Shown one piece after another: positions 12,685-26,080 of a stretch of 64,000 nt of DNA (its first letter is position 1; each line of letters begins with the position of its first letter). The DNA is from Tubulanus polymorphus (Eukaryota; Animalia; Nemertea): positions 2,356,072 through 2,420,071 of the forward strand of contig NC_134034.1 in assembly GCF_964204645.1 (NCBI RefSeq), given 5' to 3'. The position numbers were made by a program, and so were the translations under genes. Under the pieces are notes generated by a model. That model did not search any database. It worked only from the letters and a program-made list of their open reading frames with translations, and was not told the DNA's origin.

Positions 12685-13933
12685 CTAATCAAGAGCTTTG
12701 CCCAATGTTTTACAAGCATTTTGTTTCAGCAGGCAGTACCACGTTCTTCTGTAGAACCCCCAGGCTTTCTTCTGAGTTTTTTGAAATCGGCAATTATTGT
12801 AGGTTTTTTCCTGCCGAGCCTTCGCGTTTCGTGCCGCCTTGTCTTTACGGTAACAGATCATGACTCCGTTTTCAAAGTGACGCTCCCTGGTGCCCATTTT
12901 ACCAATCAGACTCTTACCCATCGAAACGGCTGCTTTAACGTCTGCTACTGTTTGTCCCACCACCGGTTTCGGATTTTCCCCTTCCTCTCCCCCCTCCTCT
13001 CCACCTTCCTCTTCCTCTACCTCGCTGCGCTTTTGTATTTGTCCCAGGTGATCATTATCTGTCGTTAGAAAAAGCAAATTAAAATCGTAACGTATACGTT
13101 ACACACCTGCCGTCTTATTCGCGTGACGTCACTGCACAGTGCGGACCGCCGCCAGGCACAAGCAACTTGGAGAAAAATAACACATGTATATTGCCCGATA
13201 TCGACCTTGAATTATATGATGATAATGTTTTAAGAACATATTGAGTTATTTTCAATTTGAATATATCGGCAATGGGATACCCGCGGTGCTACTGTGGCGA
13301 TCGAGGATTCCGCGTATGGCAGGCGAGGATCCGCCAGGTTCGCTAATAGATAGTTGGTCATCCGCGTTCGATTTCTTCCACGTTTCAATTCAATCTAAAT
13401 GAACTTCTCTCTTAAATGAATCAATTATCTAAGGAAACTATACCGAGTAGATCTGTCTGAGTAGAATGATGAGAGTATTGTATATTTTGCGGGTGCTGCG
13501 ATAATATATGGATTTTAGAGAGTCTAAAAATCCAGTTCTAAGTTCATCGAAAACGAGCTAATTTTGACAACGGACAACGTCAAGCCATCTGGCGGGATCA
13601 TAGCTAGTTTTGCGAGTACCCCACTGGATTGAATTGACCGGCAACCGGTGTAACCTGACAAGTAAGTCATTTTTGGTAAGGTAGCGCGCATCGACTCGCG
13701 CAGAACCCCTTACATAAAGTAGTTACCGATAGCATTACGATAAGTTTTACGGCGTCAGCGGTAGCCAATATGACAAGGTAACGCATGAGAAAATTAAAAT
13801 GTACGTATAGTGTCAGTAATTCAGGTCTATGATAGTCATGATAGTCAAAACACTTACCGTCAATTGTCGCAATAGTCATGTTCACCAACGACGCGAGCAG
13901 GCAAATTATCAAACATACATACGCGAATTTCAT
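12685..13933 (-). CDS. Secreted 149-aa precursor: signal peptide, KR site, acidic spacer, cationic 4-Cys domain (unknown family)
   Basis: Exon 13858-13933 (MKFAYVCLIICLLASLVNMTIATID, phase-1 gtaagt) plus exon 12685-13058 (DNDHLGQIQKR-SEVEEEEGG...CYRKDK...C...KKAWGFYRRTWYCLLKQNACKTLGKALD). TATAAA near 13980, AATAAA at 12630-12635. Confidence 0.8.
13270..13626. mobile_element. ~350-bp MITE, with copies at ~33784-34136 and ~43828-44115
   Basis: Inverted termini caatgggatacccgc / gcgagtaccccactg; internal sequence is shared among the three copies. Confidence 0.7.
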
Positions 13934-14959
13934 CTCGAAGCCTGTTCTTGAAATAGACATGAAACGTATAAGCATTTTCTTTATACAATAGATTACGCTG
14001 TTTTTATGAATTTCAATGAATTAGACATCTGTATAACATGAACCATGAACCCCGTCGGATATCAGATAGATTATCATCGCCGTTCTTCTAGTTTTCGCAG
14101 CCCAAACGTTAAATGGGCATCATGTCGGTCGGGCATCGGACATATCACGACATTGATGAATGCCAACAGGGCCAAATTCGGTTTTCGTATCTAGTCGACT
14201 AGTTGTCGGAACTAATAACCGAATGCGCTTAATTTCCGAGCTATTTCCGGAATACAGCTCTGACTAACTGACATTCGGTTTTACTTAGTTCGCAAATAGT
14301 CGACTAACTCAGAGATAACCGGAGTTGGCCCAGGTGGTCGTTCCAGTGCCTCCAATACTGCTGAAAACACCGAAACAGGAGACGGAAACATGTATTTGTG
14401 CGTTTCTCTCGAAACGAGAAACTTTGTTTCGGAAAGAGAACGTTTCCGAGATCGAACATGTTTCATTCCATGTTTCCCTACGTCGAGTGCGTTCGACTTC
14501 ACTCACCTTTGAATATGCGTTCGTCAAACTTCTTACGTCCGATTTGTTCTACAACTTTTCTTGGGGAAAATTCGAAGCTTATATTGTGCAGCGAATTGCA
14601 ATAAATCAACTCCTATCTCAATCCAGCTGTACATTTTCGATCCATAAATGATTATATTCATTACATGATTAATTGGTTTTTTTATCGTTTAATGTCGATT
14701 CCACCTCTTTACGGCTTCAATACGCTATCGGTGTGTTTATCACGATCGAACGTAAGATACCTCTCGATGAATACATTATCAAAGGAGCCACTGGATAATA
14801 ACTTAAATTGCAATAGATGGGTTGAAAGATCAAGATTACCTGGCTACATATTGTCCAGAAGCCGCTGTATCCAATTGTAAAAGATGGGGTGAGCTGTACT
14901 GGAACTGATTTCCGATTGAAAGATCTAGAATTTTCTTGCTACATATTGTCCAGAAGCTG

Positions 14960-17480
14960 CTGTATTTAATTGTGATAGATGGGGCGAGGTGTACTGAACT
15001 AATTTGATTATTCAATTGTCATAGATGGGGCGAGGCGACTGAACTGATTTAATCATTCAATTGTAATAGATGGGGCGAGGTGTAACTGAACTAATTTAAT
15101 TATTCAATTGTAATAGATGGGGTGAGGTGTAACTGAACTAATTTAATTATTCAATTGTAATAGATGGGGTGAGGTGTACCGAACTAATTTAACTATTCAA
15201 TTGTAATAGATGGGGTGAGGTGTAACTGAAATAATTTAATTATTCAATTGTAATAGATGGGGTGAGGTGTAACCGAACTAATTTAATTATTCAATTGTAA
15301 TAGATGGGGCGAGGTGTAACTGAACTAATTTAATTATTCAATTGTAATAGATGGGGTGAGGTGTAACTGAACTAATTTAATTATTCAATTGTAATAGATG
15401 AGGCGAGGTGTAACTGAACTAATTTAATTATTCAATTGTAATAGATGGGGCGAGGTGTAACTGAACTAATTTAATTATTCAATTGTAATAGATGGGGCGA
15501 GGTGTAACTGAACTAATTTAATTATTCAATTGTAATAGATGGGGTGAGGTGTACCGAACTAATTTAACTATTCAATTGTAATAGATGGGGTGAGGTGTAA
15601 CTGAAATAATTTAATTATTCAATTGTAATAGATGGGGCGAGGTGTACCGAACTAATTTAACTATTCAATTGTAATAGATGGGGTGAGGTGTAACTGAAAT
15701 AATTTAATTATTCAATTGTAATAGATGGGGCGAGGTGTACCGAACTAATTTAACTATTCAATTGTAATAGATGGGGCGAGGTGTAACCGAACTAATTTAA
15801 TTATTCAATTGTAATAGATGGGGTGAGGTGTAACTGAAATAATTTAATTATTCAATTGTAATAGATGGGGCGAGGTTTAACTGAACTAATTTAACTATTC
15901 AATTGTAATAGATGGGGTGAGGTGTAACTGAACTAATTTAATTATTCAATTGTAATAGATGGGGCGAGTTGTAACCGAACTAATTTAATTATTCAATTGT
16001 AATAGATGGGGTGAGGTGTACCGAACTAATTTAACTATTCAATTGTAATAGATGGGGTGAGGTGTACCGAACTAATTTAATTATTCAATTGTAATAGATG
16101 AGGCGAGGTGTAACTGAACTAATTTAATTATTCAATTGTAATAGATGGGGTGAGGTGTACCGAACTAATTTAATTATTCAATTGTAATAGATGAGGCGAG
16201 GTGTAACTGAACTAATTTAATTATTCAATTGTAATAGATGGGGCGAGGTGTAACCCAACTAATTTAATTATTCAATTGTAATAGATGAGGCGAGGTGTAA
16301 CTGAACTAATTTAATTATTCAATTGTAATAGATGGGGCGAGGTGTAACTGAACTAATTTAATTATTCAATTGTAATAGATGAGGCGAGGTGTAACTGAAC
16401 TAATTTAATTATTCAATTGTAATAGATGGGGCGAGTTGTAACCGAACTAATTTAATTATTCAATTGTAATAGATGGGGTGAGGTGTACCGAACTAATTTA
16501 ACTATTCAATTGTAATTGATGGGGTGAGGTGTAACCGAACTAATTTAATTATTCAATTGTAATAGATGGGGTGAGGTGTAACCGAACTAATTTAATTATT
16601 CAATTGTAATAGATGGGGTGAGGTGTACCGAACTAATTTAATTATTCAATTGTAATAGATGAGGCGAGGTGTAACTGAACTAATTTAATTATTCAATTGT
16701 AATAGATGGGGTGAGGTGTAACCGAACTAATTTAATTATTCAATTGTAATAGATGAGGCGAGGTGTAACTGAACTAATTTAATTATTCAATTGTAATAGA
16801 TGGGGTGAGGTGTACCGAACTAATTTAATTATTCAATTGTAATAGATGAGGCGAGGTGTAACTGAACTAATTTAATTATTCAATTGTAATAGATGGGGCG
16901 AGGTGTAACCCAACTAATTCAATTATTCAATTGTAATAGATGAGGCGAGGTGTACCGAACTAATTTAATTATTCAATTGTAATAGATGGGGTGAGGTGTA
17001 ACTGAACTAATTTAATTATTCAATTGTAATAGATGGGGTGAGGTGTAACCGAACTAATTTAATTATTCAATTGTAATAGATGAGGCGAGGTGTAACTGAA
17101 CTAATTTAATTATTCAATTGTAATAGATGGGGCGAGGTGTAACTGAACTAATTTAATTATTCAATTGTAATAGATGAGGCGAGGTGTAACTGAACTAATT
17201 TAATTATTCAATTGTAATAGATGGGGTGAGGTGTAACCGAACTAATTTAATTATTCAATTGTAATAGATGGGGCGAGGTGTACCGAACTAATTTAATTAT
17301 TCAATTGTAATAGATGGGGTGAGGTGTACCGAACTAATTTAATTATTCAATTGTAATAGATGGGGCGAGGTGTACCGAACTAATTTAACTATTCAATTGT
17401 AATAGATGAGGCGAGGTGTAACTGAAATAATTTAATTATTCAATTGTAATAGATGGGGCGAGGTGTAACTGAACTAATTT
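14960..17480. repeat. 46-47-bp satellite, about 53 copies
   Basis: Unit attcaattgtaatagatgggg(c/t)gaggtgtaactgaactaatttaatt, flanked by longer degenerate relatives at 14805-14960 and 17480-17710. Confidence 0.97.
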
Positions 17481-18650
17481 CTAAAAGATGGGTTAGAAAA
17501 TCCAGAAGATGACGTTTTCAATTATAATAGACTAATTGAGTAGGGATGCATTGCAGAACTGATTTCTAATAAATGGGTTCAACGATCCAGAAATGTCTGG
17601 CTACATATGGATGACGTATTCAATTGTAATAGTTGGGTTGGAGTGTTCCGAGCTGATTTCCAGGATTGAACGATCCAGAATTCCCTTGCTACATATGGTC
17701 CTGAAGATGATGATTCAATCTTGATGTTTGATTTATTCAAGAGAAACTTATCGCAGAACATCGGGTAACTACTAGCAAACCTGGCGGATATTTGAGGCGA
17801 ATTTATCCTGCCAAAATCAGATTTGTGATCCTAATCGTATTTTGCTAGTGATCACGTGTGTCATCTAATCAAATAAGATTTGCACAACAGGATAAATTTG
17901 ACGACTTGTTCCAAAGGGCTGACAAGAAAATACTGTCCATGATTATTGACCGTTATTTTCTACAACGCATTAGTTTCAGTTTCACTGCGAGTTTCTGACC
18001 ATTTCGATCAGTTTTCTAAAAGCTATGGGCAGCTTTGATAGGGTTTGCCATTTGATTACGCCGATCCTTGAATCTAAAACGATCAGTTGATGGGGCACGC
18101 GCATCGGGTTTTCAAAAACAGCTCAGTTCGTGTTCATTGATTGGCGGAAACCCTCTTGTGAAAAAGAGATTTGTGAGTCCGCCATCTTTATATCACGTCA
18201 AACCGTATCCAAACATCTCCGTTGGTGATTTGATGATTTGATAAATCAATTTGAATTCGATGCCGCGTGAAATTAAAAAATTAGACCAAATCAAATTCGA
18301 ATGTGCCCGACGATTTGACAGTATAAATTCGCCTTGCCATGCGCGGAATCCTCGATTGCCACAGTAACGTTGGCGGCTCCTGATTTTTTCCTTAACCGCA
18401 GGGCGTAACCATCCTTGCAGCCTTCCTGAAGGTCGTATCGCTAGTGCGGAGACAGGCACAGATTACCCAACTGTATCAAACCAACAGAGCATCGGCTATT
18501 TCGTTCAACAGCAGCATTAAGCTTTTGATACATAGAATAACTACGTATCTTAATCACGAAAAATCAATGAAGAAAAAACAAACTATATTTAATTATATGT
18601 ACAGATATTCTTTATTCATTAGAATCATCAAATTATTGACTCATAACAAG

Positions 18651-19120
18651 TTATTCTTTGGTGCAACAGGTTGTTGGGTTATACCACGGTCCCTCTTTGC
18701 ATTTGCTGAATCCGTTGCGGCAACCGACCAGAACAAATCTCACACCTGGTTTACCGTCATCGCACGTACAAGATATAAAACGTTTGTTTCTATTCTGCGA
18801 CAATTCTGGATGATAAGATATCAGTATCGATATGAACTGCGAGTGGAAATTGTAAACAAGAAGCGAAACTCAATGCCGTCAGTTTTACGATATTGTGGCC
18901 GAGTTGAAACAAGACCCGCTCCTAATCCGCGTGAGGATATCAAAATAAAAACCTAATTCGCTTACCTTCAGTGGAAACTGCTCCTGAAATGAGTAACGCG
19001 ACTGCAAAAACCAAAATGATGATCTGTAAAATAAACAACATTCAAAGACTGATACCTACAGTTTTACTATCAGTTCCCTCGATTCTGATTCGTGTTGATA
19101 TTCGTGGTACATACCTTCAT
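18651..19120 (-). CDS. 6-Cys toxin/defensin-like peptide precursor A
   Basis: Exons 19115-19120 (MK), 18966-19023, 18651-18805: MKIIILVFAVALLISGAVSTEELSQNRNKR-FISCTCDDGKPGVRFVLVGCRNGFSKCKEGPWYNPTTCCTKE*. AATAAA at 18611-18616. Not in the ORF track. Confidence 0.9.
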
Positions 19121-20619
19121 GTTTATAGAGTGATGATATTGAAAGCTCGTTTGTCGGATGATTCTGTTTTAGTTTGTTCGGTCTGCAATAAATGTTAATC
19201 CTCGCTGCATAATGAAAGATTGGAAACAATTCAACACTAACGACACCTAATATTTACTCGCGCCATTACGACAGATCTAACCATCAAATTTTAGATGTAT
19301 CATAAGAATATGGAAATCTGTTTATTAAAAAACAATGGAAATTTATGTGATTACGAAATTTCAAATAATTTGGGTTTTGGTGGAACAAGAATCCTCAATC
19401 ATTTGCTTATACCGTTTGCGGGGCACAGTGGGTCGCGGTATGAAACAAAAGATTCTTTATCTAAATTCGTGGAAATGTGGTCGGTTTGGTTATAGATTTA
19501 ACATTTGACAAGTAATGTCATATGCATTGACACGTGTAAACATGAACAAACGAACCATCTCCATTTTAAGTTAAAAACTTTCGATATCGCTAAGTAATTT
19601 CAAAATCGAGTTGTAACGACTTAGAAAATGTAGAAAAACGAATTCAAGTCAATTTCTGAATAATGATAAGAATATCAGGAATACCGATAGAAACTAGATC
19701 AACGCACACGAGCGAAATACCGAAACAGGAGCGTTGCTCTTCCGTATTTCCGTGGAGTTCGTTGGACTTCACTCACCTTCGAATATGCGTTCGTCAAAAC
19801 TCTCGCGTCCGAGTCGTCCTACAACTTATATCGTGCAGCGAAACGCGATCGATTAACTCTTATCTCAACCCGGCTGTGTACATTTACGACTCGTAAAATG
19901 TTGAATTCATCGATTCATTGGGTTTTTATCGTTTAGTGCCAATTCCACGTTTTGATTACTTACTTACATCAGTGTGTGGGCGATTCTTTTTTTTCACAAT
20001 CGACCAAAAACATCTCGATGCACATTACCACATGGATTGAAGTTGATGGAACAAGTGCATCCAGTTTGTTCATTGAATGGCGGCAACTCTCTTGTTTCTG
20101 CCATTTTCGAATCGAGTCAAAATCATCGTGTCCAATCACCTCTGGTGAGGATTTGATGATTTGTTGATTTGATGAATCGATTTGAATTCTAAGCCGCCTC
20201 AAATTGAAAAAAAATATACCGAATCAAATTTGAATGTGCCGGCATGGATACGATTTCATTTTAAATCAAATCTGATTTGACAGGATGAATTCGCCTTTGT
20301 TGCTAGCCATAAGTGGAATCCTCGATTGCCACAGTAACGTTGACGGCTCCTGATCTATCCTTAACCGCAGGGCGTAACCATCCTTGCAGCTGTCCTGAAG
20401 GTCGTATCGCTAGTGCGGAGATAGGCGCAGATTACCAAACTGTATCAAACCAACAGAGCATCGGCTATCTCTTTCAAGACCAACATCAAGCATTTTGATA
20501 GTAAGAGCGACCAATTATCTTAACCAGGAAAATCGACGACGAAAACAAACTGATTCAATTGTTTTTATAGATATTCTTTATTTGCCATAATTGGCAAATA
20601 TTTGATTCATAACAAATCA

Positions 20620-21114
20620 TTATTTGGCGCAGCAGGTTGTCGGGTTATACCATGCTCTATGAGCGCATTTCTTGAATCCGTTGCGGCAACCGACCAAAAA
20701 GAATCTCACGCCTGGTTTACCGTTACTGCACGTGCACGACATATGCCGTTTGTTTTTAGCCAGCGACAATTCTGAATAATTAAAAATCGATATGGATATA
20801 TATATGGACTGCAACGGTAATAAACAATTTAAACAAGAGGAACAATATAAACAAGAGGTAATATACTCAATGATGCCATGTCGGTTTTACGACATTGTAG
20901 CCGTGTTGAAACAAGACCCACTCCTAATCCGAAGGAGGATATGAAAATCAAGATCTAATTCACTTACCTTCAGTGGAAACCACTCCTGAAATGAGTAACG
21001 CGACTGCGACAACCAAAATGAAGATCTGTAAAATGATCGACATTCAAAGACCTAGGTTTACTACAGTTTACTATAAGTTCACTATCGATTGTGATTCGTG
21101 GTACATACCTTCAT
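20620..21114 (-). CDS. 6-Cys toxin/defensin-like peptide precursor B
   Basis: Exons 21109-21114, 20968-21025, 20620-20771: MKIFILVVAVALLISGVVSTEELSLAKNKR-HMSCTCSNGKPGVRFFLVGCRNGFKKCAHRAWYNPTTCCAK*. Confidence 0.9.
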
Positions 21115-21234
21115 GTTTGTAGAGTGTTGATATTGAAAGCTCGTGTGTCAAACGATTCTGTTTTAGTTTGTCCGGTCTGCAATAAATGTAAATCCTCGCT
21201 GCGTAAATAATGGATGGCCGGACGAAATTCAGTG

Positions 21235-21620
21235 ATTTGAGGGGAACAAAAAACTTCAAACCTGATAATACCCTGAGTGGCGCTTAGTGTGTTGAGGGGA
21301 AGTAGAAACCTCAAACCTGCTAATAATACCCTGAATGGTGCCCAGTGGGTTGAGGGGGACCAGAAACCTCAAACCTGCTGATAATACCCTGAATGGTGCC
21401 CAGTTGGTTGAGGGGGACCAGAAACCTCACGTGCTGATAATACCCTGAGTGGCACTGAGTAGGTTGAGTTGTACAAGAAACCTCAAACCTGCTGATAATA
21501 CTCTGAGTGGCGTTCAGTAGGTGGAGTGGAACAAGGAACCTCAAATCTGCTCATAATATCCTGAGTGGCACTCAGTGGGTTGAGGGGAACAAGAAACCTC
21601 AAATCTGCTGATAATACCCT
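21235..21620. repeat. 58-bp minisatellite, with a copy at 24678-24880
   Basis: Unit gaaacctcaaacctgctgataataccctgagtggcactcagtgggttgaggggaacaa. Confidence 0.9.
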
Positions 21621-23065
21621 CGATAATTCGTCGAAATAAACTTACCTTCGATTACGAACGATTCTTCCGAAGATTTGATGAAAAATTTTCTCTGGACCGG
21701 TTTACATCGATAGTATCGACGCAACGTGCCACTCGTCTCACACTGTCAATCAGTGTCCGCAATTATAAACGCGTGAACTCACAATGAATCGTCTAATCAG
21801 TGGTTTATTGTCGAAACGCGATAAATACATCGAATAAGTGCAGAAAATTAACTGAACCAGAAACTGAGATAACAGACGGCTCTCGCTATGGCGGGGCTCC
21901 CGCGGAGCGAGGCGCACCGGAGGTTCAGTTACTAGCTAAATAGCCCTCTATTATTTCTATATTCGGTTTAGTGAGTTTTTCGCACGCATTCGAAATTTCC
22001 TGCCGAGTTCGAATTTCGACGATGAACCGCGTTTCAATACAAACCGACAAGTTTTCATCGATATGTCACCGACTCTTCGGAATTAAGGGTCAGTTCATCG
22101 ATTCGACTGTCATTCATTGCCCCATTATATTCAGAAATTTCGTTCCGCCTTGTATATATATATATTGGCCGAGGAATGGTTACGATCCAATTGATACCTG
22201 GTACTAGCTCAGAAGGTCACCAAACACAAACGATGTTATGATAATTTAATGGTTAATTTATCATAAATATTGAATGAGAAATATAGAGCTCGGGGATAGA
22301 ACGAGAGCCAAAGAGAAAGAGAGCGAGGAATAGAGTGACATGAGTTTATATCGCTCCACTTGACAATGGCCAGACGTCAGAAGAACAAAGTCCAAATGAC
22401 CAGTGCCCAGTGAAGTGAAAGGTTAGGATTGAAAACAATATTGATTTAAATACAATACGAATATAGAATATGTTTGTAATGAGAAATTAATAATTAATAA
22501 TGACGTGGATATTTAATTAATTCTATCCTCTGTATCGCAATCACCCACACTGCATCTACCGGAGGCTCCCACTCCCTGTGAATAGTTAAAGGCCTAGATA
22601 ACGTTGAGACTGCATTAGCACTGTTTGCTTTTGAATTTCGAAAGCTAACCCTTGTTTGTTGTGGTGACCGGGCTACACTTTTCTGTTGATTATAAAGTGT
22701 AAGTAATGTAGTTTGGCGTGGGAATCGTTCACAGGCCACGTTACACTCCGGCCTTTTATGTAAAGAAATCTACTAAAAACTCGCCGATCGATGACTTTCA
22801 CGTATCTCGACTCAATCCGGGTATTTGTGGATGTTAAATTACATGTTCTAAATGTCAATACGGCGGAAAAACGACTTTCATACGAGTAAATGATAACCTC
22901 GACCAGACTCCCAAACAACAATTTTGATTTTAATACCCTCGGGATTCTTAGCCTTGGAACTAGAGTAACCACGTATCAAATTAACGATGAACAGAAACTG
23001 ATTTATTAGCACGAATCGATTTTCATTTATTCATCCGAATCGTCGAGATATTGACTCGTGACAGA

Positions 23066-24365
23066 TTAATATTTGGCGCAACAGGTCGCGGGCCATTTAG
23101 CTCCTCCACAAAATTTGTAGCCGTTTTGGCATCCGATGACCCAGAACAACACACCTGGTTTTTTAGTGTACAGGCAGCGGCACGACGCGCGTCTTGTTCT
23201 TTCGTGAGACAATTCTGAAATATAAAAAAGTCGGTGCACCGTCGATATAATCCGCGAGTAGAGAAACATTCGACAAAACATTAAACTACACGGATTGCTG
23301 CAGTCCAATGAAGTGTAGCCTAATTCACACGAGACCAGCTATTATATAATGCGACGGACGTCAAGACATGCAGTATAAATGTTGCAAAAGAAAACTCTTA
23401 AAGTTTTTAACATGTTCTTTTATCAGATAATCATTTGTAAAGGTCCCGGCTGACTAGAATAGTTCGGTGAATTAGTGGTTTTCCCCGTTTCTTAAAATAG
23501 GGATTGTCCCTGTTATTTATTAAATCGGTAAATTTCGATTTTTGATTGAGTGTCCCTTGCAGACCCACCACACCTGCCGGGAGCGAAACGGGGGGTTTGA
23601 TTTCGAAATCGGAAATCGAAGTACAAAATATAGTTGTGTGATCGGCGGTCGAGTTTACAAAATTTTTGTATAAAACGAAGTACATAATTGGGAAATTCGG
23701 CCCCGGTTCAATCAAACAGTCATCCAAGCAGTCTGAACCGGCAAGCGACTGATTGGGGTTAATTTTTCTGGCTGCCTTTAGACCCGAAGGCTGTAGCATG
23801 TTTCTAAAAATACATGCACCAACTCGCTTACGATTTGGTAGTCCACTATGACTTAACCAGTAAGGTTCACTAATATTCTATTATTTCTGAAATTCTTTCC
23901 GTACTTCTTCATTATCGATGATTAAACAAAGTATTATCATTGGCATGATAACCTGCAGGTCAGCGGATGTAAGTTAGAATGTACTAGGCGGACCAAGGTT
24001 TCGGTAGGTCCACGGGACTAACAAGATTGGGTTTAGTACAACGGGGCGAGTAGTACTTCATAGGAAAATCGGTTTATTCAATTTCTATTGGAGTTGAAAT
24101 AGTTAATTCAAATTATTTAATTGTTTCAACACAGTTTCTGAATACGATCTAATTCACTTACCTTCAGTGGAAACGACTCCTGAAATGAGTAACGCGGCTG
24201 CGACAACCAAAATGATGATCTGTAAAATAAACAAAATTCAAAGACTGATACCTAAGTTTACTATCAATTCTATCAAAAATTCATAGAGGCTGACTAAATA
24301 GTCTTTATGAATTTTCGGTTCTATCGATTGTGATCCGTGTTGATATTCGTGGTACATACCTTCAT
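23066..24365 (-). CDS. 6-Cys toxin/defensin-like peptide precursor C
   Basis: Exons 24360-24365, 24162-24219, 23066-23214: MKIIILVVAAALLISGVVSTEELSHERTRR-ASCRCLYTKKPGVLFWVIGCQNGYKFCGGAKWPATCCAKY*. TATAAAA near 24451-24457. Confidence 0.9.
23490..23780. repeat. ~290-bp dispersed repeat, with a second copy at ~34470-34765
   Basis: Near-identical text cttaaaatagggattg...gactgattggggttaat...tggctgcct at both sites. Confidence 0.8.
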
Positions 24366-25516
24366 GTTTGTAGAGTGATGAGATTGAAAGCTCGTCTGTC
24401 GGAGGATTCTGCTTTAGAGAGTGATAATGAACCGCGATAAACGGAGGGTATTTTATACAATAATTCCCAGAGAATTTAAGAGGCTTATTTTCACCGAAAG
24501 TCCGAATATTCTCCTCGTCAATCTGTGACCGTCTAGAATAAATCTAAATCATTGCATACGTAATGAGTGGCTGTACTCTATGACCGGGCAAAACCATCAA
24601 AACTTGATATCTTAACGTGTCAAAACGACTAAATTTAACCATTAGATTTAAGATTTACTACGAAACTAGTGTGGTCAAAGAAACCTCAAACCTGCTGATA
24701 ATACTCTGAGTGGCGTTCAGTAGGTGGAGTGGAACAAGGAACCTCAAATCTGCTGATAATATCCTGAGTGGCACTCAGTGGGTTGAGGGGAACAAGAAAC
24801 CTCAAACCTGCTGACAATACCATGAGTGGCACTCAGTGGGTTGAGGGGAACAAGAAACCACAAATCTGCTGATAATACCCTCGATAATTCGTCGAAATAA
24901 ACTTACCTTCGATTACGAACGATTCTTCCGAAGATTTGATGAAAAATTTTCTCTGGACCGGTTTACATCGATAGTAGAGTGGCTGTACTCTATGACCGGG
25001 CAAAACCATCAAAACTTGATATCTAAACGTGTCAAAACGACTAAATTTAACCATTAGATTTAAGATTTACTACGAAACTATCGAAGTTCGCATGAAGTGA
25101 GATGTTTTGAGATTTGGTTTCGCATCTCCGTATCTACTCTAGCTTTTTTTGCCTACGTATATACCTAAAACCCAGTGATCGCCTCTTAGGGCGTTTCTAA
25201 CGAGATCGATGTTTCCAAACCCTAAAGCCCCGAGCCAAGTTCCACAGTTCCGATTTAACTCATTGAAAATGAACTAACTCAGAGTTAACTCTAACTCACA
25301 ACTGTGGAACTGGGTTCAGGGTGTAAATGATGGTGTTTTTAGGTGATTTTCCTAAATATATAACCTATGTTTCTTGACTAAATGCCTCTCAGAGATGCTC
25401 AGAAAGCTTTAACAGGACATAAGTATAAAACGGCCCCATTTATCGTGGTAAATCATCACTCTCTAAAAAACAGAATCATCCGACACACGAGCTTTCAATC
25501 TCATCACTCTACAAAC

Positions 25517-26080
25517 ATGAAGGTATGTACCACGAATATCAACACGAATCAGAATCCGCGATGGAACTGATAGTAAAACTGTAGTAAACCTAGGTCTTTG
25601 AATGTTGTTTATTTTACAGATCTTCATTTGAGTTGTCGCAGTCGGGTTACTTATTTCAGGAGCGGTTTCCGCCCCATCTTCCACTGAAGGTGAGTGAATT
25701 TGATCTTTATTCGGTTCCCCGTGAGTTGAATTAATAAGATAATGAAAAATAACTATTTCAACTCCCATATATGAATTTCATTACACGTTTCATAAACAAA
25801 AGTGAAATCATTTTTTACCAATAACAGAACGTGCCGTCTATTTTCAACCTCTAGAAATGAATTTTGTGTATCATAGTTTAGACTATTATTTCGTTGTTTT
25901 CGTAAAACTAATGCATCTTACTATGACGTGCTTCAGCGGAATCAGAACGGGTTTCGTTAGAATTCTGCTTCACTGATGGACAACAACAACAACAACACAT
26001 CGAGTTTCAACTATTATTTTCTACTCTCAGTTTTTATCGATACCGATTTTTTTATCATTCAGAATTGTCGCTGGAGAATT
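25517..26080 (+). pseudogene. Inverted pseudogene D of the 6-Cys peptide family
   Basis: ATGAAG|gtatgt at 25517. Exon 25620-25689 has an in-frame TGA at 25629-25631 where paralogs have TTG. Exon 3 starts at 26063 (AATTGTCGCTGGAG, as in gene E) but the mature region is missing. Intron 2 is the reverse complement of gene E intron 2. Confidence 0.85.

Noticed and set aside
18444-18956. 170-aa + strand ORF
   Set aside because: Antisense to peptide gene A and its intron; no motif, and not preserved in the paralogous gene B unit.
22177-22971. Possible solo LTR (tggttac...gtaacca)
   Set aside because: Only a 7-bp inverted end, with no TSD, PBS or second copy in the window.
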